A DNA stretch of 64,000 nucleotides from the IMG/VR virus record IMGVR_UViG_3300030376_006242, one strand, 5' to 3'. The notes under the pieces were generated by a model. The model did no database searches, had not been told where the DNA came from, and was given only the letters and a program-made list of their open reading frames with translations. A program made the translations under genes and the position numbers. The stretch comes from a virus (lineage: Duplodnaviria > Caudoviricetes). Below, piece by piece: positions 19,388-29,993 of this stretch; the first letter of the stretch is position 1; each line of letters begins with the position of its first letter.

Positions 19388-22300
19388 ATGGCTGAGTTTA
19401 AATTAGGAAGAATACGTTTTGTTTGGAAAGGTGCTTGGTACACAGGCGCACTTTATTCTGTTGATGATGTTGTAAGATATGGTGGTAGAACCTATATTTG
19501 TATAGTAAACCACACGTCTGCGGCGGAATTTCAAAATGATTTAACAGCGGCAAATTGGGCATTGATGTCCGATGGTCAAGAATGGAAAGGTGACTGGGGA
19601 GTTAACACAACATACAAACCAAATGATGTTGTAAAATACGGTGGTTACATTTATATTTGTAACACAGGTCACACATCAAACGTAGATGTTAATGTAGGTT
19701 TAGAAGGCGACTTATCTAAATGGGATCTTTTCATTGAAGGTTTTGATTACAAATCAGATTGGGCAATTTCAACAAGATATAAAGTTAACGATTTAGTTAG
19801 ATATGGTGCAACAGTTTATCTTTGTACTACAGAACACACATCAGCGGCAACAACAGCAGATGGTTTAGAAACAGATATAGCAAAGTGGGAAGTATTTGCT
19901 AAAGGTTTCAATTGGTTAAATGCTTGGGCAATAAACACAAGATACAAACCTAACGACACAGTAAGATATGGTGGACAACTTTATGTTTGTATAACAGGAC
20001 ACGCTTCGGCGGCAACTGCTTCTTTAGGATTAGAAGCCGATCAAGCAAAATGGCAATACTTACACAAAGGTATTGAATATTTAGGTGCATGGGTAACAGC
20101 AACAAGATACAAAGTCAATGACGTTGTAAAATATGGTGCTAACCTTTGGATCGCAACTGCGGCTCACACAGCAGGTGCATCATTGGCGGCAGACGAAGCC
20201 AATTGGGAAATTTTTATTCCAGGATTAGAATTTGAAGATTCATGGAGTTCAGCAACATTATACCAACCAGGTGACATTGTTACTTACGGAGGTTATCAAT
20301 ATGTTGCACTTACAAACAATGACAACAAAGTTCCATCAACAGAAACTACTGATTGGGATTTATTTGTAACAGGTTTCAGTTTAAAAGGTGATTACAACAA
20401 CGGTACGGCTTACAAAACAGGTGACGTTGTTAGAGTTGGTGGTACAACTTACATTGCTATCGCTGACACAACAGGAAACAGACCACCAAGTGTACTACAC
20501 TGGGATAAACTTAACGAAGGTTTATACTGGAAAGGTACTTGGAACAACGCAACTGTTTATGACAAAGGTGACATTGTAAGAGGATCAGTAAACACAGACA
20601 CATCTTACATTTGTGTTACAGCACACACATCAAACAACGTTGGACCTTCAACAATTAATCAACCAGATTATGCACCAGGGGCTGGTGTTGATACATCTGT
20701 TTGGGAATTATTATCAGGTGGTCCAGAAAATGATGTATTATCAGCAGAAGGTGATATTTTAATTTACGGTGCTTCAGGACCAGCAAGATTACCGATTGGT
20801 GCTTCAGGACAAGCACTTGTTGTTAATGCGGCAGGTACTTTACCTGAATGGGGATTTGTTGGACAAGTAGATCAAGTTTACTATGTTGGTCCAAGTGGTG
20901 TAGATACTGCGGCTCCAAATGCAGGTGTTACACTTGATGCTCCATTTAAAACTGTAAGATACGCACTACATCAAATAGATTTAGGACCAAGAAATCCACA
21001 AGGTGTAAACTTATTAACAAGAAACAAAGCATTCATACAAGACGAAGTTATTGCTTGGATCAATGTTCAAATTGCTGGTAATATTTCACCATTCACAAAC
21101 GCATTTACATACAACGCAACAAAATGTAGAAGAGATATAGGTATTCTTATTGATGCTACAATAAATGATTTACGTAAAGGTGGAAATGTTGAATCAAGAA
21201 AAGCGGCTTTACAATATTTCACTCCAGCAGGCGCTTCATACGTTACTGGACAAGAGGCTGAAACTGCGGCGTCAATTGTTAGAGCGGCATACATTGCTCA
21301 ACAAGTAGTTGCTAATTCATCTTCTTACACACCATCACAAGGTACAACTTTACAAGTTTCAGATTTAACTAAAGTGGCAGAATCAACTGTGTCCGCTGAC
21401 ATCGAAACTTTAATGACACTTTCATCAGATGCTATTACAGCCGGCAACGTAAACGGTGTGCCAGCAAAAGCATCACCACAAATTACTTTAAATGTAAAAA
21501 CTGGAATATACAACGAAATACTTCCAATGAGTGTTCCACAAAATTGTGCTGTGGTTGGAGATGAATTAAGATCAACTAACATCAGACCAGCAGGTGCTTT
21601 AACACCAAGCGGTGATGTTCAATATTCATTACAAGGTATACAACGTTTAGAAGCAATTATTTCAGATGTTGTTCAAAACAATGCTGTTACAGTAACACCA
21701 TCAGGTGGTGTTGTTGGAGTTCCAACTGGAAACAGTTTAGGTTATCAAGGTGGTAATTTAATTGAAGGTACTGGTACAGTTAACTCAACAACAACTGGTT
21801 CAGGTACAGGTGCTACTTTCACAATAAGTACAAACTCATTTGGTTTCCTTTTATCATTAGCAGTTGCGGCTCCAGGACAAGGTTATGTTGCTGGTGATTC
21901 AATTACTATTCCTTCAACAGAATTAATTAATAATCCAAGCACTGGTGACACAGCAATTGGTGAAAATGTTACATTTACAATATCTTCAGTAACATCAGGA
22001 AACAACATCGCACAAAACACAGCAGTGCCGGCAGGTAGTGCGGCGGCTGGTACAGCGGCGGCGGCAATTGTTGATAACATTGAAAAATATATTGATTTCA
22101 AAATTAACGCAAATGGTACTGAGCCAACATTAGCAGGAAGTAGAATTCCTAACACAGATGCTGGTTACACAGATGCACGTTTAAGATTATTAGCAAACAG
22201 AGACTTTATGGCAAGAGAAGTAGCAGAATTTGTGAAAAGAGCAAATCCAGGTTACACTTTCAATCAAACTGACTGTGAAGACGATGTTAAAGATTATGTA

Positions 22301-25087
22301 GATTCAATCATTTACGATTTACAATACACAGGAAACTACATGGCACTAAAAGGTGCTAAATGGTATGTAAACTCTGTATCAGGTAGTACAACTTCTGATA
22401 TGTTCTATATGAGAAATGCTACAGGTTTAAGAAATGCCACTGTTCAAGGACTAACAGGTTCATTGGGTGCGGCAAACAGTTATGGTACAAAACGTCCATC
22501 AGCAGGTGCTTTTGTTTCTCTAGATCCAGGATTTGGTCCACTAGATACAAGCACATGGATTGCTAACACAACTGCTGGAACAGGTCAATTTACACCAACA
22601 AATGGTACATATGACCCTGCGACAGGTACAACAGTGTTAACAATTGGTGCACACCAAATATCACCAGGTGATACTGTAAGAATCACAACAGCAAGTTTAC
22701 GTTTCACGTGTGCTCAAGACGGACATGGTTCAAATCATGATTATCCAAGAGCATCGGACCCAGCGGCAGGTAAAGAATTATTAGTTGAAGCAACAACTTT
22801 AACAACAATCACTGTTAATGTTGGAGCAAGTCCAGGAGGACAACAATACGAACACAGATGGGTAAGTGCAACTACAAACGCAGTACAAGAAGAATCAATC
22901 ACTAGATTAGGTGGTAGATCACCTTACATTCAAAACGTTACAACGTTTGGAACTGGTGCTGTAGGACAAAAAATTGATGGTGACTTACACGCAGGTGGTA
23001 ACGATTCTATGGTATCAAATGACTTTACGCAAGTAATATCAGATGGTATTGGTGCTTGGATTACAAACTTAGGTAGAGCAGAACTTGTATCAGTGTTCTC
23101 ATACTACGGACACATTGGATACCTAGCAGAAACAGGTGGAAAAATACGTGCTACAAACGGTAACTCATCTTATGGTGACTTTGGTTGTGTGGCAGAAGGT
23201 GTTGACCCAACTGAAATTCCTGTAACAGGAAAAGTTAATAACAGATCAACAGATGCTCTAGTTGACAGTGTATTCACAGACGGTGATCAAATACTTGCTC
23301 TTGAATTTGGAAATGCTGGTAGAGAATATTCTAACGCAACAATCACAATATCAGGTGATGGTTTTGGATTAAACGGTGTTGCGGCAACTTACAATACAGG
23401 CGGTGTTTACAAAGTAAGATTAATGGAAACTCCTGCTTCTGATCCATCAGATTTAGGTGGTAAAGGTTATGTAACAACAACTAACTCCGCACAAACAGGA
23501 ACAACAACACAAATTACTTTAGCGGCGGCAGATTCTGCGGCAAGTGGTGTGTATCCAGGAATGGCATTATTTGTTACTGAAGGTAAAGGTGCTGGACAAT
23601 ACGGTTACATTGACACTTACAGTTCTTCAAGTAAAATTGCTACAATTAAAAAATTCTCAGATGATTCAGCAGGTTGGGACACATTAGGTGGCAAAGCAGT
23701 TGAGGCAACATTAGATTCAACAACAATTTATGAAATTACTCCAAGAGTAGTAATAGGTGCTCCACAAAACGATGGTTCTACAACTCCAAGACAAGCAGTT
23801 GCTAGAGCAGTTGTAACTGGAGATGTTATTTCTAATGTTAAAATATTAGACTGTGGTGCGTCTTACACATCAGCACCAACAGTATCATTTACAGATCCTA
23901 ACAACACAACAGATGCTCCAGTACAAGCATACATTGGAGATGGTGTATTAGGTCAACCAACTTTTGTTGCTAGAGGTACAGATTATGTAACTGCTTCTGC
24001 TTCAATTACAGAACAAGGTGTACAAGCAACTGTGTCAGGAATTACACAGGCTTCACCGGCAGTAATCACAACGTCAGCGGCACACAACTTTAACACAGGT
24101 GACAAAGTTAAATTTGATGCTATACTAGGAATGGTAGAATTGAATACTGGTGTTTACTATTACGCAAGAGTGTTAACTGTAGATACATTTGAAATTTACG
24201 CAGATAATGATTTAACAACTCCAATTGATTCAACTGGCTACACAGCATATGCAAGTGCCGGCACAGCAGAAACATTTGGTGGATTTAGAGATGATTATCA
24301 ATCAGGCAAATACATTGCTGTTGAAAATTTAACTTCAATTCCAAGAGCAGGTTCAAACATAGAATTTGGTCACTTACCAGGACAATACTTTAAACTTGTT
24401 GCTGTAAACCAACAACTAGGAACACAAACTCCTTTCACAGGACTATTACAAATATCTCCAGACTTGAAAGTTTCTCAATCTCCAGAACACGGACAGACTT
24501 TAGAGATGAGAATAAGATATTCTCAAGTTAGATTGACAGGACATGACTTCTTAGATATTGGTACAGGTAACTTTAGTTCAACTAACTATCCAGGTTTACC
24601 AAACCAAAATCCAATTCCAGCAAATGAAACTGTTGAAGGTGGTGGAGGAAGAGTATTCTTTACTTCTACAGACCAAGACGGTAACTTTAGAGTTGGAGAT
24701 TTATTCTCTGTAGAACAAGCAACTGGTATTGCTTCATTGAATGCTGATGCATTTAACATATCAGGACTACAAGAATTACAGTTGGGTGATTTAGCATTAG
24801 GTGGAACAAGTGCTTCTATCAATGAATTCTCAACTGATGGCACAATGGCGGCTAATTCAGACGCGATTGTACCGACTCAGAGGGCAATTAGAACTTATAT
24901 CGCTTCACAAATTGGTGGTGGTGCTAGTTCGCTCAATGTTAACTTAATTACGGCTGGATTAGTGGTAATTACAGGTAATACGATAAGTACAAGTAACAAC
25001 GTAGGAATCAATTTCCAAAGCGTCACTAACTTCACAAAAGGAGTTACTGGTGTGCCGATTGCGATGAACTACTTAATACATAGTTAA
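19388..25087 (+). CDS. Giant virion protein, paralogue of 14199..19352
   Basis: Same N-terminus, Trp repeats, GDELRS, NDFTQ and SQVRLTGHDFLDIGTG; extra helical C-x-RD..DL repeats. Confidence 0.8.
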   Translation: MAEFKLGRIRFVWKGAWYTGALYSVDDVVRYGGRTYICIVNHTSAAEFQNDLTAANWALMSDGQEWKGDWGVNTTYKPNDVVKYGGYIYICNTGHTSNVDVNVGLEGDLSKWDLFIEGFDYKSDWAISTRYKVNDLVRYGATVYLCTTEHTSAATTADGLETDIAKWEVFAKGFNWLNAWAINTRYKPNDTVRYGGQLYVCITGHASAATASLGLEADQAKWQYLHKGIEYLGAWVTATRYKVNDVVKYGANLWIATAAHTAGASLAADEANWEIFIPGLEFEDSWSSATLYQPGDIVTYGGYQYVALTNNDNKVPSTETTDWDLFVTGFSLKGDYNNGTAYKTGDVVRVGGTTYIAIADTTGNRPPSVLHWDKLNEGLYWKGTWNNATVYDKGDIVRGSVNTDTSYICVTAHTSNNVGPSTINQPDYAPGAGVDTSVWELLSGGPENDVLSAEGDILIYGASGPARLPIGASGQALVVNAAGTLPEWGFVGQVDQVYYVGPSGVDTAAPNAGVTLDAPFKTVRYALHQIDLGPRNPQGVNLLTRNKAFIQDEVIAWINVQIAGNISPFTNAFTYNATKCRRDIGILIDATINDLRKGGNVESRKAALQYFTPAGASYVTGQEAETAASIVRAAYIAQQVVANSSSYTPSQGTTLQVSDLTKVAESTVSADIETLMTLSSDAITAGNVNGVPAKASPQITLNVKTGIYNEILPMSVPQNCAVVGDELRSTNIRPAGALTPSGDVQYSLQGIQRLEAIISDVVQNNAVTVTPSGGVVGVPTGNSLGYQGGNLIEGTGTVNSTTTGSGTGATFTISTNSFGFLLSLAVAAPGQGYVAGDSITIPSTELINNPSTGDTAIGENVTFTISSVTSGNNIAQNTAVPAGSAAAGTAAAAIVDNIEKYIDFKINANGTEPTLAGSRIPNTDAGYTDARLRLLANRDFMAREVAEFVKRANPGYTFNQTDCEDDVKDYVDSIIYDLQYTGNYMALKGAKWYVNSVSGSTTSDMFYMRNATGLRNATVQGLTGSLGAANSYGTKRPSAGAFVSLDPGFGPLDTSTWIANTTAGTGQFTPTNGTYDPATGTTVLTIGAHQISPGDTVRITTASLRFTCAQDGHGSNHDYPRASDPAAGKELLVEATTLTTITVNVGASPGGQQYEHRWVSATTNAVQEESITRLGGRSPYIQNVTTFGTGAVGQKIDGDLHAGGNDSMVSNDFTQVISDGIGAWITNLGRAELVSVFSYYGHIGYLAETGGKIRATNGNSSYGDFGCVAEGVDPTEIPVTGKVNNRSTDALVDSVFTDGDQILALEFGNAGREYSNATITISGDGFGLNGVAATYNTGGVYKVRLMETPASDPSDLGGKGYVTTTNSAQTGTTTQITLAAADSAASGVYPGMALFVTEGKGAGQYGYIDTYSSSSKIATIKKFSDDSAGWDTLGGKAVEATLDSTTIYEITPRVVIGAPQNDGSTTPRQAVARAVVTGDVISNVKILDCGASYTSAPTVSFTDPNNTTDAPVQAYIGDGVLGQPTFVARGTDYVTASASITEQGVQATVSGITQASPAVITTSAAHNFNTGDKVKFDAILGMVELNTGVYYYARVLTVDTFEIYADNDLTTPIDSTGYTAYASAGTAETFGGFRDDYQSGKYIAVENLTSIPRAGSNIEFGHLPGQYFKLVAVNQQLGTQTPFTGLLQISPDLKVSQSPEHGQTLEMRIRYSQVRLTGHDFLDIGTGNFSSTNYPGLPNQNPIPANETVEGGGGRVFFTSTDQDGNFRVGDLFSVEQATGIASLNADAFNISGLQELQLGDLALGGTSASINEFSTDGTMAANSDAIVPTQRAIRTYIASQIGGGASSLNVNLITAGLVVITGNTISTSNNVGINFQSVTNFTKGVTGVPIAMNYLIHS

Positions 25088-25100
25088 AGGAGAAAAAACG

Positions 25101-25421
25101 ATGGCTTCAGGAAGAATAGGAAAAGCAGATCTTTTAGCCGCTACTAATACGACTGTATATACGACACCTGCTGACACTTTTACAGTGGCGACGGTATCGT
25201 TTTGTAACAGAGGTAACCAAGCAGTTACAGTGAGATTAGCGGTAGCAGATTCGGCGACGCCAGATAACTCAGAATATGTTGAATTTGAAACAGAAATTTT
25301 GAGTCATGGTGTGCTGGAAAGAACTGGTTTAGTACTGAATACAGGACAATTATTGGTAGCACGATCAAGTGGTGCTAATGTAAGTTGTGTTGTAAGTGGT
25401 ATTGAAACAAGTACAGCATAA
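25101..25421 (+). CDS. Small structural adaptor (~108-aa family, copy 3)
   Basis: TTVYTTP..ATVSFCN..VLERTGLVL; SD AGGAG. Confidence 0.7.
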   Translation: MASGRIGKADLLAATNTTVYTTPADTFTVATVSFCNRGNQAVTVRLAVADSATPDNSEYVEFETEILSHGVLERTGLVLNTGQLLVARSSGANVSCVVSGIETSTA

Positions 25422-25468
25422 TTTTAAGGAAAATTATATAAATAGTAATAACAAAGGAAACAAAAACA

Positions 25469-25801
25469 ATGGGAAGATACATATCAACAACTGGAACTGC
25501 TGGCGTAGTCACTAGAGAAGTGAGTACAACTTACCAAGCAGTTGTAAATGATAGAATCTTAGCAGATAGTGCCGGTGGTACTTTCACAATCACGTTACCT
25601 CTAAACGCTTCTTTGTTGATCAATGACACAATTCAAATCATTGACGCAACATCGAACTTTGGAACTAACGCGGTTACAGTTGCTAGGAATGGTTCACTAA
25701 TACAAGGTTCTGCAGATGATTTAACTGCTGACTTAAATGGTGCGATCATGACTTTAATTTACACTGGTCCAACTTATGGTTGGATAGTAGGTGCTGTATA
25801 A
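25469..25801 (+). CDS. Small fibre-connector protein
   Basis: DSAGGTFTITLP..D.IQIID..NF.TN..TV.RNG..I.G domain typical of phage fibres; late box at 25438. Confidence 0.7.
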   Translation: MGRYISTTGTAGVVTREVSTTYQAVVNDRILADSAGGTFTITLPLNASLLINDTIQIIDATSNFGTNAVTVARNGSLIQGSADDLTADLNGAIMTLIYTGPTYGWIVGAV

Positions 25802-25859
25802 TTTTTTATAATATTTTTTATACTAAATTTACATTACTTAACTTGGAGAAACAAAGATT

Positions 25860-26822
25860 ATGGCTAGTTTAAAATCATTACTTGGAACAAAACAGGACTC
25901 ATTCGTCTCGGTTGAAGAAAGTAACCTAGAGAAAGGACGTATTTACGTTTACACTCAAGGTGCTAACTACTCGAGATTATGGTGCGGATTTTGTTTTCAT
26001 CCAGAAGTGGCAGGAACAGCAATAGTAGAAATTTGGGGAGCAGGTGGATCAGGCGCAGAAATGTGTTGTTGTGGTTTTGGATTACCTGGAAACTCAGGCG
26101 CTTATGTTAAAAAACAAGTTTCAATGTCTCCAGGAGATTACATCTGCGGATGTACAGGTCAAAGTTGTGGTAACTCAGACTCATTATGTTTCAGAGGTTG
26201 CTCAGAAGCAACTCTAGTAAGATTTTGTATAGCAAGTAACGAAACTTGTGCTTGTTCAGAAGGTGGAAAAGGTGGAGTAACTTATTGTTCTACTAACTCA
26301 TCATTTTATTGTTGTTACAGAGCAAACGGTTTCTGTGTAACAAGAACAAATAACGATAACTGTGGTATAATTTGTAACCAATGTGATGGTTCATGGTGTG
26401 CTAGAGGTTATGGTGGACAAGAAAATAAATGCGGTAAGATGTCATGTGTGTCAGCATTTGGCTGTTACCCATCATGTATTTGTATGTTTAATCATCATAC
26501 ACCAACTCCCCCAGGAATGGGTTCTAAAGAAGGTAGAATGATTACGTACACAAACGATGATTTCAATGGAACACAAAACTGGTCAGGTATGGGCCACTAT
26601 CATCATTTAGCAAACCTAGGTTCAGGCAGATTCCCAACAGGCGGTGTGCCGTGGGCAAGTTGTTGGGACGGTGGTGTTGCTTGTGGTTGTTATCAAAATG
26701 ACGGTTGTATTCCTCAAATGCCAATTGGTACAGGAGGAAGAGGTCCTAACCCATGTCCAGGTGTTAGAGATCACGCAATCAGAGGTGGACACGGAGGAGT
26801 GCGAATTAAATTCGTAAGTTAA
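25860..26822 (+). CDS. Cys/Gly-rich virion protein, paralogue 1 (31 Cys)
   Basis: EIWGAGGSGA-x-MCCC..PGN-x-G-x-Y start and RDH..RGG-x-G..RIKF end (Gly-rich fibre-tip-like frame). Confidence 0.75.
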   Translation: MASLKSLLGTKQDSFVSVEESNLEKGRIYVYTQGANYSRLWCGFCFHPEVAGTAIVEIWGAGGSGAEMCCCGFGLPGNSGAYVKKQVSMSPGDYICGCTGQSCGNSDSLCFRGCSEATLVRFCIASNETCACSEGGKGGVTYCSTNSSFYCCYRANGFCVTRTNNDNCGIICNQCDGSWCARGYGGQENKCGKMSCVSAFGCYPSCICMFNHHTPTPPGMGSKEGRMITYTNDDFNGTQNWSGMGHYHHLANLGSGRFPTGGVPWASCWDGGVACGCYQNDGCIPQMPIGTGGRGPNPCPGVRDHAIRGGHGGVRIKFVS

Positions 26823-26828
26823 TTTATT

Positions 26829-27845
26829 ATGGCAAGTTTAACAACATTACTTCAAACCAAATATGATTTTTCAGTAGGAAACGAAACTAACCTTGAAAAA
26901 GGTAGAATCTATCAGTATTATCCAGGTACATCAAGAGGTACAAACTTTAGATGTCACGTATGTTTTGTTGCACCATCAGATGGTACAGCAACAATTGAAG
27001 TTTGGGGTGCTGGCGGTTCAGGCGCAGAGATGTGCTGTTGTGGTGGAGGTATTCCAGGTAACCCAGGTGGTTATGCGAAGAAAACAATCACTATGGTAGA
27101 AGGTTGTTATATTTGTGCTCAAATTGGTTTATCTTGCGGTAACTCAGATGATTTATGTTTTAGAGGCTGTTCAGAGCCAACTCAAGTATGTTGGTTTGGT
27201 GACGGCGGCGGTGACGGATGTATTTGTGCCCAAGGTGGTATTGGTGGAAGAACATGGTGTTCAACTGGTTCTTCAATCTACTGCTGTGCGGTAGCGGCAA
27301 ACTTCTGTAACACACAAGGCGGTGGCACATATTGTGGTATCGTTTGTAACTTTATGGATTCAGCAAACTGTCCTCAGTTCTGTGCTTTTGCTTATGGCGG
27401 AGACGTTAACTGTTATGGCGGTTTCAGTTGTCATTATTTCAGAGGATGTCAACCAAACTGTAACTGTAGACAAGTTCCAGTTAACAAATTTCCTCCAGGA
27501 ATGATTTCAACACTAGGTGGAGAAGTACATTACACAATGGATTCAGACTCAGGAAGATCTCAATGGTCAGGAATGGGCGGATGGATGTATGCTTCACATG
27601 GTTTCAATTTAGCAACACGTAACCCTACAACAGGCGGTCCTTACACTGGTTGTTGGGAAGGTAACAGAAGTTGCGGTTGTTACAATCAACAAGGTTGTAA
27701 CACTTTCTATCCAGCAGGTATTGGCGGACAAGGTCCAACACCTTGTGATGGAGTAAGAGATCACGCACACAGAGGTGGTCATGGTTTAATGAGAATCAAG
27801 TTTGTGTCACCGACAGATGAATACGATCTGCCGTCGGCACCATAG
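26829..27845 (+). CDS. Cys/Gly-rich virion protein, paralogue 2 (31 Cys)
   Basis: Same motifs as paralogue 1. Confidence 0.75.
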   Translation: MASLTTLLQTKYDFSVGNETNLEKGRIYQYYPGTSRGTNFRCHVCFVAPSDGTATIEVWGAGGSGAEMCCCGGGIPGNPGGYAKKTITMVEGCYICAQIGLSCGNSDDLCFRGCSEPTQVCWFGDGGGDGCICAQGGIGGRTWCSTGSSIYCCAVAANFCNTQGGGTYCGIVCNFMDSANCPQFCAFAYGGDVNCYGGFSCHYFRGCQPNCNCRQVPVNKFPPGMISTLGGEVHYTMDSDSGRSQWSGMGGWMYASHGFNLATRNPTTGGPYTGCWEGNRSCGCYNQQGCNTFYPAGIGGQGPTPCDGVRDHAHRGGHGLMRIKFVSPTDEYDLPSAP

Positions 27846-27863
27846 GAAGGAATAAATATTAGT

Positions 27864-28838
27864 ATGGCAAGTTTAAAAGGATTATTAACTACTAGAAACC
27901 CAGCAGAGATGATTGAAAACAATCTCGAAACTGGATACATTTATTCATACACTTCAGGCACGAATTACTCAAAATTTTGTAATGGTATTTGTTGGACTGC
28001 TAGAGTAGACGGCACAGCAACTATTGAAGTTTGGGGTGCAGGTGGTTCAGGTGCTAGAATGTGTTGTTGTGGTGATGGATTACCAGGCAACGCAGGTGCA
28101 TACGTACAGAAAAAAATAACAGTAGAAGCAGGTGATACAATGACTGGTCAAACAGGACACAGTTGTTATGCTCACCCATTATGTCACTCAGGTTGTTCAG
28201 AGCAATCAGAAGTTTGTTGGGTAACATCAGCAAACGGTAATGGTTGTATATGTTCAAGAGGTGGTTATGGTGGTAAAACTATGTGTACTACAGGTTCTTC
28301 ATTGTTCTGTTGTTACAGAGCACAAGGTTTCTGTTACACAAAATGCAACAATGATAACTGTGGACTAGTATGTAACGTTTGTAACGGTCACTGGTGTTCA
28401 TTAGGATACGGCGGTGACGCAGGTAAAAACTGTTGCGGACAGTTTTCATGTGCTAGTTTCTTTGGTTGTTGTCCACACTGTAAGTGTAGATTCCAACAAC
28501 ACGTGGCTACACCGGCTGGTCTATTTTCAGAAGAAGGTTCTTTGATTACTTTCCAAAAAGAATCGGATGGAACTCCGATGTCACAATGGTCAGGTAACCA
28601 ATTATTTCAGTGGTATGCGGCACTTAACTTGGCAACTAAAACGCCAAGACAAGGTAGTCCAGATGCTCACTGTTGGAGATCAACAAGATCTTGCGGATGT
28701 TATGAGATGCAAGGTTGTAACAATTATCTACCTGTTGGAGCAGGCGGACTATCACCAAACCCATGTCCAGATGTAAGAGATCACGGAATTAGAGGTGGAT
28801 TTGGTGGAGTTAGAATCAAGTTTGTTCCGGCAAGTTAA
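27864..28838 (+). CDS. Cys/Gly-rich virion protein, paralogue 3 (32 Cys)
   Basis: Same motifs as paralogue 1. Confidence 0.75.
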   Translation: MASLKGLLTTRNPAEMIENNLETGYIYSYTSGTNYSKFCNGICWTARVDGTATIEVWGAGGSGARMCCCGDGLPGNAGAYVQKKITVEAGDTMTGQTGHSCYAHPLCHSGCSEQSEVCWVTSANGNGCICSRGGYGGKTMCTTGSSLFCCYRAQGFCYTKCNNDNCGLVCNVCNGHWCSLGYGGDAGKNCCGQFSCASFFGCCPHCKCRFQQHVATPAGLFSEEGSLITFQKESDGTPMSQWSGNQLFQWYAALNLATKTPRQGSPDAHCWRSTRSCGCYEMQGCNNYLPVGAGGLSPNPCPDVRDHGIRGGFGGVRIKFVPAS

Positions 28839-28876
28839 TAGTAATTTGATAAATAAAACTGTAAGAGGATAAAAAA

Positions 28877-29533
28877 ATGGCAATAGAAAAAGCATTTAAC
28901 ATTAAAATACCAAATCAACCATACGTTGATGATTTTTCTGACGATAAAGAACAAGCATCAGTATACAACGGCGAAAGATACATTAAATTTCAATATCACG
29001 CTACTACTGGTCATATCGTAAATGTTATCGGTAACGGTGACACAGAAGAAGAAATGGTGGCTAATGAAGGTCCTTTAATGGAAGGTCATCTTCCAGCAGT
29101 AATAGACGCAGATGCGGCTCCATTACACGCGGCATTAATCACAAGACAATACACAACAGGTGATGTTGCTGATTACACAGAAAATTTAGGCACAACAGAT
29201 GCTGAAGGAAACGCAGAAACTTGGGAACACTATTGGAACGATGGTACAGGTCTTCTTTCACAAATTTACAACATTGAAACAATGAAATGGGAAAACAACG
29301 CAATAGTAATGCCAGAATTTAAAACACACGGAATTACAAGAGAATCTTTTTTAGAAGGAATTAATCAACAAATAGCGGCTTGTACAACAGAATTAGCAAG
29401 AAGTGATGTATACAGCGATGGCGAAATAGCAGAGATCACAGCATACAAAACTACTTTAGAAGGTATCGAAGCAAAATATGATGGTGTTGATCATTGGAAA
29501 ATTCCTTTCCCACAATCACCAACATTTAAATAA
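28877..29533 (+). CDS. Putative fibre assembly chaperone, paralogue A
   Basis: Shares IP..PY.D.FS, G.RY.KF, L.QIY, C..ELAR and HWK...P..P with 29994..30659; C-terminus resembles Tfa-type chaperones. Confidence 0.55.
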   Translation: MAIEKAFNIKIPNQPYVDDFSDDKEQASVYNGERYIKFQYHATTGHIVNVIGNGDTEEEMVANEGPLMEGHLPAVIDADAAPLHAALITRQYTTGDVADYTENLGTTDAEGNAETWEHYWNDGTGLLSQIYNIETMKWENNAIVMPEFKTHGITRESFLEGINQQIAACTTELARSDVYSDGEIAEITAYKTTLEGIEAKYDGVDHWKIPFPQSPTFK

Positions 29534-29542
29534 TAATTTCTT

Positions 29543-29929
29543 ATGGCAACTTTAACAAGAGTAAGCGGATCCGGACTATCAACAGCAGGAAACGTTTTTT
29601 ACCCAGGTGCATTTGCATTTAAAATTTTAGTAAAAATTGCAAACGGTACAGCAGTTGATTTAAGAGGTGAAGATGATGCTATTGACGAAACAGTAGAAGC
29701 AATTTGCAAAGAAATTAATCCTTTAATTTATCATACTACAGACGACAACAGTGGTACAATGACTGTTGTATGTGATAACAGTGCAACAGCGGCAGACTTA
29801 CAAGCACGTATTAGATTAATTGGTAGAGCGGAAAACTATCCAACAAGCACAGTTACAGCAGTTGGCCCAAATACTATTGATACAAGCGGTACATTAGTAA
29901 CTCTCGCGGCAACATTAATAGCGACATAA
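29543..29929 (+). CDS. Hypothetical (probably virion) protein
   Basis: Clean Ala/Thr-rich ORF in a late operon. Confidence 0.7.
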   Translation: MATLTRVSGSGLSTAGNVFYPGAFAFKILVKIANGTAVDLRGEDDAIDETVEAICKEINPLIYHTTDDNSGTMTVVCDNSATAADLQARIRLIGRAENYPTSTVTAVGPNTIDTSGTLVTLAATLIAT

Positions 29930-29993
29930 TCCAAAAATACAATAATCACTTTTAGTTACAATTCAGAGTTACTGGAAATAAGTATTTCTAGTT

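Noticed and set aside
25860-28838. Diversity-generating retroelement or invertible cassette acting on the triplet
   Set aside because: No reverse transcriptase or recombinase in the window, and the paralogues differ throughout rather than only at adenines
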